This document shows, one piece after another, positions 1-10,098 of a DNA stretch of 64,000 bases; position 1 is the stretch's first letter; the number at the start of each line of letters is the position of its first letter. Location of the stretch: positions 4,353 to 68,352 of the forward strand of contig JABJOE010000007.1 in assembly GCA_018664485.1 (NCBI GenBank). Reading direction: 5' to 3'. The notes below the pieces were generated by a model, which saw only the letters and a program-made list of their open reading frames with translations, made no database searches and was not told where the DNA came from. A program made the position numbers and the translations under genes. Origin of the DNA: Candidatus Uhrbacteria bacterium (GTDB lineage Bacteria > Patescibacteriota > Patescibacteriia > UBA9934).

Positions 1-192
1 TAAGAGCGACCATGCGGTCTCGACCTTTGAACTCCTTTCCACGGTGTGTGACTGATCAAAAACGTGATGGAAATAATCATCTACGTTTTATTCCAGACAC
101 ACACACTTTTTGTGTGTTAATTCGGAACACTGATGCGTTCCTGTCTTTATTGACCTTCCGAGTCAACAGAGACAGATACACATCATAGTGCA

Positions 193-1374
193 CTACTCTA
201 TCGACTCATCTTTTAACTTGATCTCAAGTTCTCCGTTATCGTTAATCTCAACCTCTACCTGCTGCGCCTCATCAGTGGGTTCATCTTTGATCTCGTAAAC
301 TTCCACACTCTCATTTTCTTCAGTCTCATCAATAGATTCTTCTTCGTCTAACTCAGGATTCAAGATTGCAAATTCAATTTCAGCTATCTGCGCTTCCAAG
401 TTAAGCAAAATTTCATCAGCTTCACGCAAAATTTCAAATGCGCTTCGGTATCCGTCAGATGCCGCCAAGTCCATAGCGCGTGCAACTGAATCCGTAGCGG
501 AATCAACTTCGAAATTCATTGAGCGTAAATCATTACCGTTAAGTACGGTAGATGGATCATCTACGTTCTTCAATGCCTGCTCGATAACTGCGATTCGTCC
601 AGCGTCAAATGTCTGACGAGATACTAGAGCGATGTATTCATTTTTAAATGACTGCTCTAATGCTAACTTTGACTCTTCTGTTTCTCCAGCTTCGTGAGCA
701 TCAACAATTGTACCTACAGCTGAATCAGAAACTTCACGAGCGACCTTCTTTGACTCATCAACATCATCAATAGTTTCTTCAGCACCCTCAAGAGAAGTCA
801 AACTGTCATTAAGGTCACCAACTTTTTGATCAATCACACTTGCGATTGCAATGGTCTCAACATTTCCATCCTCTCTCAATATAAGAAGCTCTTCTTGAGC
901 ACCCTGCAACTCATCACGGAAAGCTTCCATTGCTTGCGACACCAATACGCTATCACCGCGAGACTGCAAAACTGCCACCTCCTCTAAACGACGTTGCGCA
1001 AACTCGGTGTGAAGCACTGCTCGACGTTCAGTAGACGATACCGCTAACTGCGCTCGCTCTGTCACCAGCTTCAACCCGTAAAGAGTATCCCCTGGCAAAC
1101 TTGCCGATGCAGCATGTGCAGTCGTGAACCATCCTCCAAATAACAGGACAAAAACAAGCGCTCCAGCTGTAACTGGGCGCGTAAACATACGAATCGCATT
1201 CCAACCGTAGTAAGAAGCAACTCCTTCCTGATTTTCTACCTCAACAACCTGAGGTCTATCACCACCAATGGCAGCCATAAGAACCTCACGTCCACGATCT
1301 TTCGTGTCCGAACTCACCCACCCTGCCTGAGGGTGATCTTTGAGAGAGTTCAATTGTTTAGTTAGTTTTGACAC
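193..1374 (-). CDS. DUF5667-domain membrane protein, probable anti-sigma factor
   Basis: One TM segment (GALVFVLLFGGWF) followed by the DUF5667-type motif ASLPGDTLYGLKLVTE, with an acidic helical C-terminus. Starts 2 nt after the ECF sigma stop. Confidence 0.7.
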   Translation of the reverse strand: MSKLTKQLNSLKDHPQAGWVSSDTKDRGREVLMAAIGGDRPQVVEVENQEGVASYYGWNAIRMFTRPVTAGALVFVLLFGGWFTTAHAASASLPGDTLYGLKLVTERAQLAVSSTERRAVLHTEFAQRRLEEVAVLQSRGDSVLVSQAMEAFRDELQGAQEELLILREDGNVETIAIASVIDQKVGDLNDSLTSLEGAEETIDDVDESKKVAREVSDSAVGTIVDAHEAGETEESKLALEQSFKNEYIALVSRQTFDAGRIAVIEQALKNVDDPSTVLNGNDLRSMNFEVDSATDSVARAMDLAASDGYRSAFEILREADEILLNLEAQIAEIEFAILNPELDEEESIDETEENESVEVYEIKDEPTDEAQQVEVEINDNGELEIKLKDESIE

Positions 1375-1376
1375 AG

Positions 1377-1928
1377 CTATTTTTTCGTTTCTATAACACG
1401 CTCCAGCGCCTTCTTCGCGCGGTGCAAAAGTACTCGCACATTGTTTGGAGTTTTTTCTAATGCTTGGGCAATCTCCTTCACGCTCATCTCATCCATATAT
1501 CTCATCATAAGAGCGTCTCTATATTCCTCTTTGATCAGCTGCATTGCTGAGAGAAGTTCCGCACGATCTTCATCGAGCTCCATCTGCTCAGATGCTATTG
1601 GTTTCTTGTCCACTACCAGATGAGCATTTTCCATTGTTGCTGACTCTCCAAGCCTCTCTTTTGCTCTATAATGGTCAACGACCACGTTACGGGCTATGCG
1701 GTAGAATAAGGCACTTGGCTTTTCGATCATGCTGGAAGTCGCATACTCCCATCCTCTTAAAAATACTTCCGCTGTGAGGTCCTCTGCATCCTGTGAGCTT
1801 TTCACACGGAATGCTACAAAACGCCTAATGCGTGCGACATACACTTCGTACAATTCTCCGTACGCTTGCGTGTCGCGAAACCGATAGACGCGAAAAAGCA
1901 GAAATTTGTGACGGTTATGCATGCTCAT
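1377..1928 (-). CDS. ECF RNA polymerase sigma factor (sigma70 group 4)
   Basis: Region 2 motif DAEDLTAEVFLRGW...LFYRIARN; region 4 motif MSVKEIAQALEKTPNNVRVLLHRAKKAL; 183 aa. Confidence 0.92.
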   Translation of the reverse strand: MSMHNRHKFLLFRVYRFRDTQAYGELYEVYVARIRRFVAFRVKSSQDAEDLTAEVFLRGWEYATSSMIEKPSALFYRIARNVVVDHYRAKERLGESATMENAHLVVDKKPIASEQMELDEDRAELLSAMQLIKEEYRDALMMRYMDEMSVKEIAQALEKTPNNVRVLLHRAKKALERVIETKK

Positions 1929-1935
1929 TTAATAT

Positions 1936-1961
1936 GTCGGAAAAAAGGCTAAATCATTACA
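1936..1961 (-). promoter_or_regulatory. Putative ECF-type autoregulatory promoter TGTAAT-N16-CGAC
   Basis: The minus strand reads TGTAAT (1961-1956), 16 nt, CGAC (1939-1936), then 7 nt to the sigma ATG. Resembles the SigX-type consensus TGTAAC-N16-CGAC. Confidence 0.55.
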
Positions 1962-1993
1962 GTTGGAGTATAAAATAGCAAATATTCGCCAAT

Positions 1994-2047
1994 TTGTCAA
2001 TACTAAGCTTGACAATCAGTTTCTTTTTGTCTACTCTAGAGTAGACA
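1994..2047. promoter_or_regulatory. Sigma70 promoter with overlapping inverted repeats (candidate operator)
   Basis: TTGACA(2009)-N17-TACTCT(2032). Two TGTC-N12-GACA dyads overlap it; the second is the perfect 20-bp palindrome TGTCTACTCTAGAGTAGACA (2028-2047). Confidence 0.55.
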
Positions 2048-2062
2048 TTTGATATCAAATTT

Positions 2063-2377
2063 ATGGCTATTACACCTTCAGTTAGGCTATCTGTCTCGGA
2101 AGCGGCGAAACTCTTTGGAGTTAGCACCCGCACTATCCGTAGATCTATAGCAAAAAATGACATAAGCTACATTGTGGTTCAGGGTCGATATAAGATCGAT
2201 TTTGAATCTCTTTTGAAATGGTCTCAATCAAGTACTACGGTTCGTAAAAAAAGAGACAGCGCTGGCATTGGTCAGTTTGTCGAACGCTGGAGAATCAAGA
2301 ACACCCTATACTCCCCCAACCCACAACGTATCCCAACAGATGAAAAAGAAGATAAGGGTGACTTAAAAGATCTATAG
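2063..2377 (+). CDS. Excisionase/MerR-like helix-turn-helix DNA-binding protein
   Basis: LSVSEAAKLFGVSTRTIRRSI...GRYKIDFESLLKW matches the HTH_17 pattern. Confidence 0.8.
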   Translation: MAITPSVRLSVSEAAKLFGVSTRTIRRSIAKNDISYIVVQGRYKIDFESLLKWSQSSTTVRKKRDSAGIGQFVERWRIKNTLYSPNPQRIPTDEKEDKGDLKDL

Positions 2378-2384
2378 ATATCCT

Positions 2385-4361
2385 GTGAAAAAGTGGTTTG
2401 TTAAAATCATCTGCCTGTTCGTACTGCTCAGCGGAGCCGCGGTCACAACAGCACAAGAGAACGCCATAAAAACGGCGAACTACTTCTTGCTATCTGGAAC
2501 ACATTTGGATGATGTAGAAACTCTCAAAACTCTAGCTCTATACGATCTTCTCGTAATCCCAGCAGAAGCCCAGGTTTGGAATAAGGACTTCTCAGATGAA
2601 GTGCGGGAACTTAATCCAGACATAATTCTCCTCGCCTATGTTCCAAGTGTAAGCTGGAACGAGATCTGGAGCGACTCACTACACAACGATTTGCACGATG
2701 GAATCTCTTCAAGTTACTGGCTTCAAACAAATGACGGTGACGACGTATCTATCTGGCCCGGAACCCAAGCGCTCGATCTTACCTCTGGATGGAACGGCTA
2801 CCTCGCCGAATTTGTGGCTGAAGAAATTCTAGACGACGATTATTGGGACGGTGTCTTTTACGATGAGGTGAACGATACGATCAGCTGGACAGGTGACCTC
2901 GACCTTGCAAGTGGCGAAAGTGACATAGATGAAGCATGGGTCGATGCTTACACTCAACTTTTTTCTGATACTCGTAATCGCGTTGGATCTGACAAAATAA
3001 TTATCTCAAACGGAAGTTCCGACCTTCAGCACGCTCCATATGTAAACGGCCGAATGTTCGAGTCATTCCCTACCCCCTGGGAAGGTAACGGATCTTGGCA
3101 AACAAATATTACAAATTACCTCTCGGTTGAAGAAAACGTGGCTTACGATCCTGTCATATTAATAAACAGCGACACCGATAACACTGGAGACAAAACAAAC
3201 TATCAAAGAGTTCGATTTGGACTTTCAAGTGCGCTTATGGCAAGCGGGTTCTTTGGCTTCGACTTTGGAACGCAAGAACATGCGCAGTTATGGCGCTACG
3301 ATGAATATGATGCATTCTTGGGGACTCCGAAAGATGTCGCCGTCGAAGAAGATGGCGTATGGTCACGAGAATTTACAAATGGAAAAGTTATCACCAACCC
3401 AACAAACGAAACAAAAACGATTCGTTTAGACGGTGACTTCGAAAAAATTCACGGAATTCAAGACCCTGATACAAATGACGGATCAATCATTTCTAGAATC
3501 ACGCTCTCCCCTCAAGATGGAGCGCTACTACTTCGTCCAATCGAAGAAATTGTAGACGCCGTATTCCTTAACGGTGCTTTCGCTCGAGTGTTTTCAGGGA
3601 ATGGTGATGTTAAGAGAACAGGGTTCTTCGCATACGACAGCGACCACCTCGGAGGTATCCAGGTAGTCTCATTTGATATGGACGGTGACGGAACTCTCGA
3701 AATGGTAAGTGCCGACGATAGCCAAGTATATATCTACAATACCGACGGATCTTTACATGCCAGCTTCTATCCATATACATCGGCATACGCAAGTGGGATC
3801 AACATCTCAGTTGGTGACCTTGAAAATGATGGATCCGTTGAGATCGTTACCGGAACTGAAAACGGTGGGGGTGCGCATGTTCGAATTTTCAATAAAGACG
3901 GCGTTCTGATTAACCCCGGGTTCTTCGCATACGACGAAGTTTACCGCGGAGGTGTAAACGTATCGATTGGAGATCTTGAGGGTGATGGAACTATCGAAAT
4001 TATATGTGGTGCAGGTGTAGGCGGTGGGCCACATGTTCGAATCTTCAATAAAGATGGAGTTTTGATAAACCCTGGATTCTTCGCATACGACGAAGATTTT
4101 CGTGGTGGTGTAAATGTAGCCGCTGCCGATATCGATGGTGATGGGAAGAATGAGATCGTTACTGGGCCAGGATTAGGTGGTGACCCGGAGGTTCGGGTGT
4201 ATGATAAAGATGGAAACCTCCTGCAAGATCCATTCTTTGCAACAGACTCAAACGACCACGTAGGAATTGAAGTGTCGGCTGCAGATCTGGATGGAGATGG
4301 AATTGATGAAATTATAGCTTTCACACAAGACGTATTTACTCTTTCGGGCTTCGGCTTCTAG
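2385..4361 (+). CDS. Secreted putative glycoside hydrolase (TIM-barrel) with C-terminal FG-GAP repeats
   Basis: Signal peptide; WDGVFYDE motif typical of putative GH barrels; about four repeats of FFAYD..GGVNVS.GDL.GDG..EI..G.G.GG.PHVRIF. Confidence 0.7.
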   Translation: MKKWFVKIICLFVLLSGAAVTTAQENAIKTANYFLLSGTHLDDVETLKTLALYDLLVIPAEAQVWNKDFSDEVRELNPDIILLAYVPSVSWNEIWSDSLHNDLHDGISSSYWLQTNDGDDVSIWPGTQALDLTSGWNGYLAEFVAEEILDDDYWDGVFYDEVNDTISWTGDLDLASGESDIDEAWVDAYTQLFSDTRNRVGSDKIIISNGSSDLQHAPYVNGRMFESFPTPWEGNGSWQTNITNYLSVEENVAYDPVILINSDTDNTGDKTNYQRVRFGLSSALMASGFFGFDFGTQEHAQLWRYDEYDAFLGTPKDVAVEEDGVWSREFTNGKVITNPTNETKTIRLDGDFEKIHGIQDPDTNDGSIISRITLSPQDGALLLRPIEEIVDAVFLNGAFARVFSGNGDVKRTGFFAYDSDHLGGIQVVSFDMDGDGTLEMVSADDSQVYIYNTDGSLHASFYPYTSAYASGINISVGDLENDGSVEIVTGTENGGGAHVRIFNKDGVLINPGFFAYDEVYRGGVNVSIGDLEGDGTIEIICGAGVGGGPHVRIFNKDGVLINPGFFAYDEDFRGGVNVAAADIDGDGKNEIVTGPGLGGDPEVRVYDKDGNLLQDPFFATDSNDHVGIEVSAADLDGDGIDEIIAFTQDVFTLSGFGF

Positions 4362-4371
4362 GACACTACAT

Positions 4372-6189
4372 ATGGCTGACAAAAATCCAAAACTAATCTG
4401 CAAGCCAACGGGCAAGGGTAAGAAGAGTAATCTTCTTGTATGTACCTTGAATATTGGAACGCAAGCCAGCCGACACGTGTCAGAGCCTATTGAGATGCTC
4501 ATGAAGGGTACGTATCACAAAGAACGTGAGTCGCTTCATAAATGGCTCGACATTCTAGGCTTTGCCATCATTGCAGCTACATTACTAACTCTAGCTTGGA
4601 TGTTGATTCCAAGGTTTACACCCGAACTAATTACGGTGGACGCCGACATTGCTCCAAGCGAAGTTATTACAGGTGGAGCGTCTACTCTGACATTTAGATT
4701 TGAAAATAAAAGCAACGACACGCTCGTTGACACGAATGTTCTATTCACATTCCCCGAGCACTTTGCGCTTGATGTAATTGAAAGTGAAGATGCGCAAGAG
4801 ATTGGACATCAAACATTCGACCTTGGCGATATTGCTCCGGGTGGCTATGGATTTATTCATGTAAGTGGAACCATGTTTGGTGACGTTGGCGGTGAACAAA
4901 CTTTCACAACACAACTTGATTATAACTACGGTGAAGAGCAGATGACTGATACGAAAGTCATCGATCACGTATTCTCCCCTACGACCTCAACCCTCGCACT
5001 TGAACTAACTTTGCCTGAACATCTCGTAGCGTTCCAATTAGTTGAAGGGTCTATCACATATAAAAATACAGGTGACGTTTCTTTCCCAGATATGGCGATT
5101 GAGCCCGATTGGCCGGAAAGTTTCACGCTCATCTCCGCAAATCCAAGCATGCAAAGTGACGGGGCGTTCCATGTAAGTGGAATTGACCCCGGTGAAGAAG
5201 GTATTATTTCCTTTTCAGGCCGACTGGGAACGCAAGACGACTCAACGTTCTCGTTTGGACCATCGTTTATCTTTGATGACACCCAATATCAGCAAGAACG
5301 TCTGAACGACACGATCGATATCCTTCCGCCTCCACTCACTATCAGTCATGCGATTGAAGAATCCACACTGCAACCAGGAGAAAATGCCACAGTCACACTT
5401 ACATATCGAAATGATAGCGAGCACACACTGAGCGGTGTTGAACTTGGGCTTACCTCAGATGTAGATGTATTTTCAGATGATCTTATCTTCGATGACGCGC
5501 CGTCGGTAATCGAACCTGGAGATTCCGGAACACTGTCGCTCTCAGTCCCCGTACGCTCTTATATCTCTCGTTCATACCTCTCGAGCTACGAGAATATAAA
5601 CGTAACAACTCGATCAATTGCAACATTCACTTTTACGCCAAATGGTGAAACTATAGAAACGAATACAACGGGATCAAGCTTTGTATCTACACTCACTTCC
5701 CCACTCATCCTGGAATCTTTCGGACGGTATTGGACAGCAAACGGCGACCAACTTGGTCGTGGGCCAATTCCACCTATCGTTGGTGAGACAACTAAATATT
5801 GGGTCTTCTGGAACATATCTGGAACAACTAATGAACTTGCAAATCTTTCAATTGACGCAGATCTCGGACCTGGAGTAACACTCACCGGACGGCAAAGTGT
5901 ATCTGTTGGAACTTCGATCGAATCGACTAACGGATCTGTTAGTTGGTCGGTCAACACAGTAAGTCCAACCATGACTCCGGGAAATACTGTTATTGCCGCT
6001 GCGTTTGAAGTTGCGCTCACCCCAACTGCCAGTCAAGTAAACTCTGTAGCTACGCTTCTGGAACGTGCATATGTTAGTGCTAGCGACAATTGGACAGATG
6101 CTAACGTGCAAACAAGCTCAAGTAAAATTACATCTTCACTTACGGCTGATACAAAAGCAGCGCAATACGGCGGTGTAGTAGAGGAATAA
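4372..6189 (+). CDS. Membrane-anchored protein with tandem Ig-like (DUF11/CARDB-like) domains
   Basis: One TM near residues 58-80; repeated beta-rich motifs such as LTFRFENKS, ITYKNTG and LTYRNDS. Confidence 0.6.
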   Translation: MADKNPKLICKPTGKGKKSNLLVCTLNIGTQASRHVSEPIEMLMKGTYHKERESLHKWLDILGFAIIAATLLTLAWMLIPRFTPELITVDADIAPSEVITGGASTLTFRFENKSNDTLVDTNVLFTFPEHFALDVIESEDAQEIGHQTFDLGDIAPGGYGFIHVSGTMFGDVGGEQTFTTQLDYNYGEEQMTDTKVIDHVFSPTTSTLALELTLPEHLVAFQLVEGSITYKNTGDVSFPDMAIEPDWPESFTLISANPSMQSDGAFHVSGIDPGEEGIISFSGRLGTQDDSTFSFGPSFIFDDTQYQQERLNDTIDILPPPLTISHAIEESTLQPGENATVTLTYRNDSEHTLSGVELGLTSDVDVFSDDLIFDDAPSVIEPGDSGTLSLSVPVRSYISRSYLSSYENINVTTRSIATFTFTPNGETIETNTTGSSFVSTLTSPLILESFGRYWTANGDQLGRGPIPPIVGETTKYWVFWNISGTTNELANLSIDADLGPGVTLTGRQSVSVGTSIESTNGSVSWSVNTVSPTMTPGNTVIAAAFEVALTPTASQVNSVATLLERAYVSASDNWTDANVQTSSSKITSSLTADTKAAQYGGVVEE

Positions 6190-6194
6190 ACAAA

Positions 6195-7403
6195 ATGGCC
6201 TTCAAAAAACATTCTGCAGATAACGGCGACCATCTAGATGAAGCATTTTTTGTTGAACTTCTAAAACTCCCCACCTTCCCTTTCTACAGGCTAATTAGAC
6301 AAAACGCAGAGCAAGCAAAAGAACAGCGTGCCGCGTGGCTTAACGCAGGTACACCGCCAACATTTTTATATCCGGAAACTAAAGATTTTGATGCACTTAA
6401 ATATCTAGAAGCTGTTGAAAAATGTCGTGACAGTCTCCCTGATGGCCCGGCGTACATTCGCTCGCTCTACATCAAAAAACTCAACGAGCTAAAAATGCGC
6501 GCAGCCCTCGTACTTGCCATATCACATGGCGATGACCAAACAGTAACGCATCTCTCCCGAAAACTTTTTGGAAACCTCCGTCAAGATGCTGAAGAATTGA
6601 AAAAAGAATTTTCTTGTATGCTTGACCATGCAAATATTTTTCATACCCACACAGAACCAATCAACGCCGAAATGTTCACAGCCATGACACATAAAGTTTT
6701 AGATCACTACAAAATAGATGACTGGAAAGTAGCCTTATCTGACAAATCATCAATCAAAATCACACGAGGCAGACGCGCACGAAAGCCAGTTATCTATATT
6801 CCAACCAATTTAAAGATTTCAAAAGCTCGTGCAGCTAGACTGCTAACACACGAGATCGAAGTACACGCATTGCGTACCCAAAATGGTCGTCGCTCCCCCC
6901 TCCATATTCTTCACGTTGGTCTAAATGGATATATTCGAACAGACGAAGGCCTCGCAATTTATTATCAACAAAAAATCAGCAAAGAAAAACCCCAGCACGC
7001 GCCTGGCTTTTGGGATGCGTGGACATGCGCGCTTACGCAAACTGGTTCTTTTGCCGACACCTTTGCAATAATTTCAGATGCTCGCTCACAACTGGCGGCT
7101 GCAACTGGTGCGAAAGATGCGAAAGAGGTAGGTATAGACGCTGCATGGCGCCTCTGTGTTCGCGCGTATCGTGGCATTACAGATACAAGCACGTATGGCG
7201 TCGGATTTTTGCGTGGTCATATATATCGATCAGGACTTCTTGATATTACAGAGGCCGTTGACTGGCATGGAGAAGAAATCCTTGAAAAACTTTTTATCGG
7301 AAATATCGGACTTGAACATATTTCTATTTTTGAAAACCAAGAGCTACCAGAACCGCAGTTGCCAATGCTCGTAAGTAAATCTATCGTAAGAGATTTTTCG
7401 TAG
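6195..7403 (+). CDS. DUF1704 / MATCAP-like zinc metallopeptidase
   Basis: HExxxH motif (LLTHEIEVHALR) followed by TDEGLA (QEGLA-like). Confidence 0.75.
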   Translation: MAFKKHSADNGDHLDEAFFVELLKLPTFPFYRLIRQNAEQAKEQRAAWLNAGTPPTFLYPETKDFDALKYLEAVEKCRDSLPDGPAYIRSLYIKKLNELKMRAALVLAISHGDDQTVTHLSRKLFGNLRQDAEELKKEFSCMLDHANIFHTHTEPINAEMFTAMTHKVLDHYKIDDWKVALSDKSSIKITRGRRARKPVIYIPTNLKISKARAARLLTHEIEVHALRTQNGRRSPLHILHVGLNGYIRTDEGLAIYYQQKISKEKPQHAPGFWDAWTCALTQTGSFADTFAIISDARSQLAAATGAKDAKEVGIDAAWRLCVRAYRGITDTSTYGVGFLRGHIYRSGLLDITEAVDWHGEEILEKLFIGNIGLEHISIFENQELPEPQLPMLVSKSIVRDFS

Positions 7404-7448
7404 AATGGTAAGCATCACCTATCTCAATAAGCTTATTAAACAAAAAAA

Positions 7449-7484
7449 CACCCGATTGTAAAGACAGTCAGGTGCTTCTTTTTT
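7449..7484. terminator. Bidirectional intrinsic terminator
   Basis: Hairpin cacccgattgt-aaag-acagtcaggtg flanked by A- and T-runs between convergent genes. Confidence 0.6.
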
Positions 7485-8644
7485 TATTCTGTAACGAATG
7501 CTCCGTGGCGTTGATGAATGTGCTTCTTATAAACACCCAACGTCTCCTTTGCGATATCGTCCCAGTTATAGTCGGTTTCAACAAATCCTCGTGCGCTATG
7601 ACCAATTGAGGCCATGTGCATCTCGTCAGATAGTAGAGCGATCAATTCGGAAGCTAGATCATTAACGTCGCCTGACGCAAATGATACTCCGTGATCTTCA
7701 ACTACCTCCAAGTTTTCTGGAATGTCTGATGCTAGAACCGCTTTTCCGTAGCTCATCGCCTCGAGTACCGCGATTGGCATACCCTCGGAATAAGACGGAT
7801 GAACAATACATTTAGCACCGGCAAATAAAGCAGTTAGCACATCTCCACGCTGGAAATCTGTAAAAACAATTGAATCATCGCCCGATGCCTGTGCATGTAG
7901 ATCACGAATATATGAATCTGTAAAAGATGATCCTCCTACAATTGCCAATTTCAAATCTTTAAGTAATTCAGGTCTCTTTTCTTTCGCCACCTTCCACGCA
8001 TCAATTAAGATATGCGCTCCCTTATGCGGGACGAGGCGCGCGACCATAGCAACGTAGCCATTGGAACGCAATCCAAAAGGGCGCAAAACAACATCATTGG
8101 TTGTGACGCGTTGTGGCGTAATGCCGTTTGGAATGTAATGCGTTCTTTTGCCATACGATGATTCAATATAGTTACGAAGAACTTTACTTACACAAATAGT
8201 TTCGTGAGGACTTTTAACACACATCTTTTCTCCAGCTCGAAGAGCGAATCGTGCGACAGCTCCCCACTTTCCATGTTCTCGATCAATACAATGGAATGTT
8301 GTAATAACAACGCTTGAAGGAGAAAGTATCCGAGCAATCCATGAAAGAAGAGATGGTCCGACGCCATGAACATGAATTACATCCGGTGCGCTTATAAGGC
8401 AGGCGTGAATCAGAGAGAATAGTGTATGCGTGATCGCATCTAAATGCTTTGTGCGGATAGATGGAATACGGATAACACGCACACCGTTAAAACGATCAGA
8501 CGTTCCCGGTGAATACCAAGGACGCGCGTATGCGATCACTTCGTGACCTTCGCGCACCAAACGAGTCGAGAGATGCTCGACATGCGTTTCGATACCTCCG
8601 AACTTAGACGGAAGCCCTTTTTGTCCAATCATTACAATTTTCAT
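7484..8644 (-). CDS. Glycosyltransferase family 4
   Basis: N-terminal MKIVMIG..GGIETHV; EGMPIAVLEAMSYG (E-x7-E) motif. Confidence 0.93.
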   Translation of the reverse strand: MKIVMIGQKGLPSKFGGIETHVEHLSTRLVREGHEVIAYARPWYSPGTSDRFNGVRVIRIPSIRTKHLDAITHTLFSLIHACLISAPDVIHVHGVGPSLLSWIARILSPSSVVITTFHCIDREHGKWGAVARFALRAGEKMCVKSPHETICVSKVLRNYIESSYGKRTHYIPNGITPQRVTTNDVVLRPFGLRSNGYVAMVARLVPHKGAHILIDAWKVAKEKRPELLKDLKLAIVGGSSFTDSYIRDLHAQASGDDSIVFTDFQRGDVLTALFAGAKCIVHPSYSEGMPIAVLEAMSYGKAVLASDIPENLEVVEDHGVSFASGDVNDLASELIALLSDEMHMASIGHSARGFVETDYNWDDIAKETLGVYKKHIHQRHGAFVTE

Positions 8645-8868
8645 ATGGGATATACGTATTTGGGTCAGCTATGGTGTTGTTTGTCTTTCATCGCACTTAA
8701 AGCTGCCCGCAGATACGTCTATTCCAAATTTGCGAACGGGATAACTTAGCAGTTTTTTGCCATTTTGTCAACCCTAAGAGCTGGCATTCTCGTACAATTT
8801 TCGAGAAAATAAAAACAAAAAAACAGCCAATATTGGCCGTTTTCTCTACATATCCACAACTATCCCAG

Positions 8869-10095
8869 CTACTCCCGCGAATCTATTACAGATTCATAGA
8901 TATCCATAATTTGAGAGCTCAGAAGTTCAGGGTCAACGATCTGGGAAGCCCTTTGATACGCAGCTTCTCCCATTGATTTTGCAAAGCCTTCATCACGTAT
9001 AAACGGCTCCAATGAATGTGCCAAAGAGTCCGCGTCCCCCGCTCTAAATACCGAACCACTAACGCCATCTTCAACCATCTCCCGCAGCCCGCCGTGATCA
9101 CCTACAATAACAGGCACTCCGCATGACATAGCCTCAATAGCAACTAGCCCAAGTACCTCATGCCAAATCGATGGCGCTACCATCACACGAGACCGTGAGC
9201 GTAGATTCTCCAGATCATCTCCAGATACAAAACCTAAAAACTTTACCTTCTGCCCTTCACCTACAAGCGCTCTCAATTCTTTCTCATACGAACCAGTTCC
9301 CGCAATACGCAACTCGACTTCAGGGAACGCTTTCATTGCCTCAATCAATGTATGTACACCTTTATAACGTTCCAGACGACCAATGTAGGCCACGTACCCA
9401 TCATCACCCTTACGCATTTCTTTTATTGGCTGCGTGAACGAATGGTGCATCACCATTTTCTTTGCGTCATAACCAACACTTACCAAAACATCAGCAATAA
9501 AATCTGAAATAACGTGATAACGATCAATACGGCGATCGTACGCACCGGTCCACTTATGAAAACGCGTTATCGCCTCCAATACGAAAGTCGCTGCAAAAGA
9601 ACCTTTGATGAAACGAGTTTTGGCAGCGGCCCACATCCCCAGATCATCCAGATCCATAGACTTGTCACGACGAGTATCCCAAAGCGAATAGTTAGCACTC
9701 ACCAAAGCGTAATCATGCACGCTCATCACCACAGGAACATTGTGACGCGCGCACGCTTTTAAAATTGATGGTGAAAGATGTGTGTGAACATTGTGAATAT
9801 GAACAATGTCCGGCCGGAAAGCATCGATCATTTTGGACATCTTCTTATATGCCTCACGCGACCAAAGCGCCCTTGCCAATTGCCTAATTGCACCAACCCC
9901 GTAGCCTACACTGCCCTCCGTATTAACTTCGCTCACAAAATAATCAGACCAAGCTGACGGTAGATTCTTTGGATAATGCATAGCGAAAGGCGCAACGGCA
10001 TGACCGGCCCTCTCTTGGGCATCCATCAAATCAAGTTGGAACCTCTCAGCCCCAGCTCGCATATAAAAGTATTTGTGTGCATGGATAATTCTCAT
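8869..10095 (-). CDS. Glycosyltransferase family 4
   Basis: YIGRLERYKG and EVLGLVAIEAMSCG motifs. Confidence 0.93.
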   Translation of the reverse strand: MRIIHAHKYFYMRAGAERFQLDLMDAQERAGHAVAPFAMHYPKNLPSAWSDYFVSEVNTEGSVGYGVGAIRQLARALWSREAYKKMSKMIDAFRPDIVHIHNVHTHLSPSILKACARHNVPVVMSVHDYALVSANYSLWDTRRDKSMDLDDLGMWAAAKTRFIKGSFAATFVLEAITRFHKWTGAYDRRIDRYHVISDFIADVLVSVGYDAKKMVMHHSFTQPIKEMRKGDDGYVAYIGRLERYKGVHTLIEAMKAFPEVELRIAGTGSYEKELRALVGEGQKVKFLGFVSGDDLENLRSRSRVMVAPSIWHEVLGLVAIEAMSCGVPVIVGDHGGLREMVEDGVSGSVFRAGDADSLAHSLEPFIRDEGFAKSMGEAAYQRASQIVDPELLSSQIMDIYESVIDSRE

Positions 10096-10098
10096 AAA

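Noticed and set aside
2063-2377. Excisionase marking an integrated element
   Set aside because: No integrase, att-like repeats or tRNA target nearby; better explained as a stand-alone regulator.
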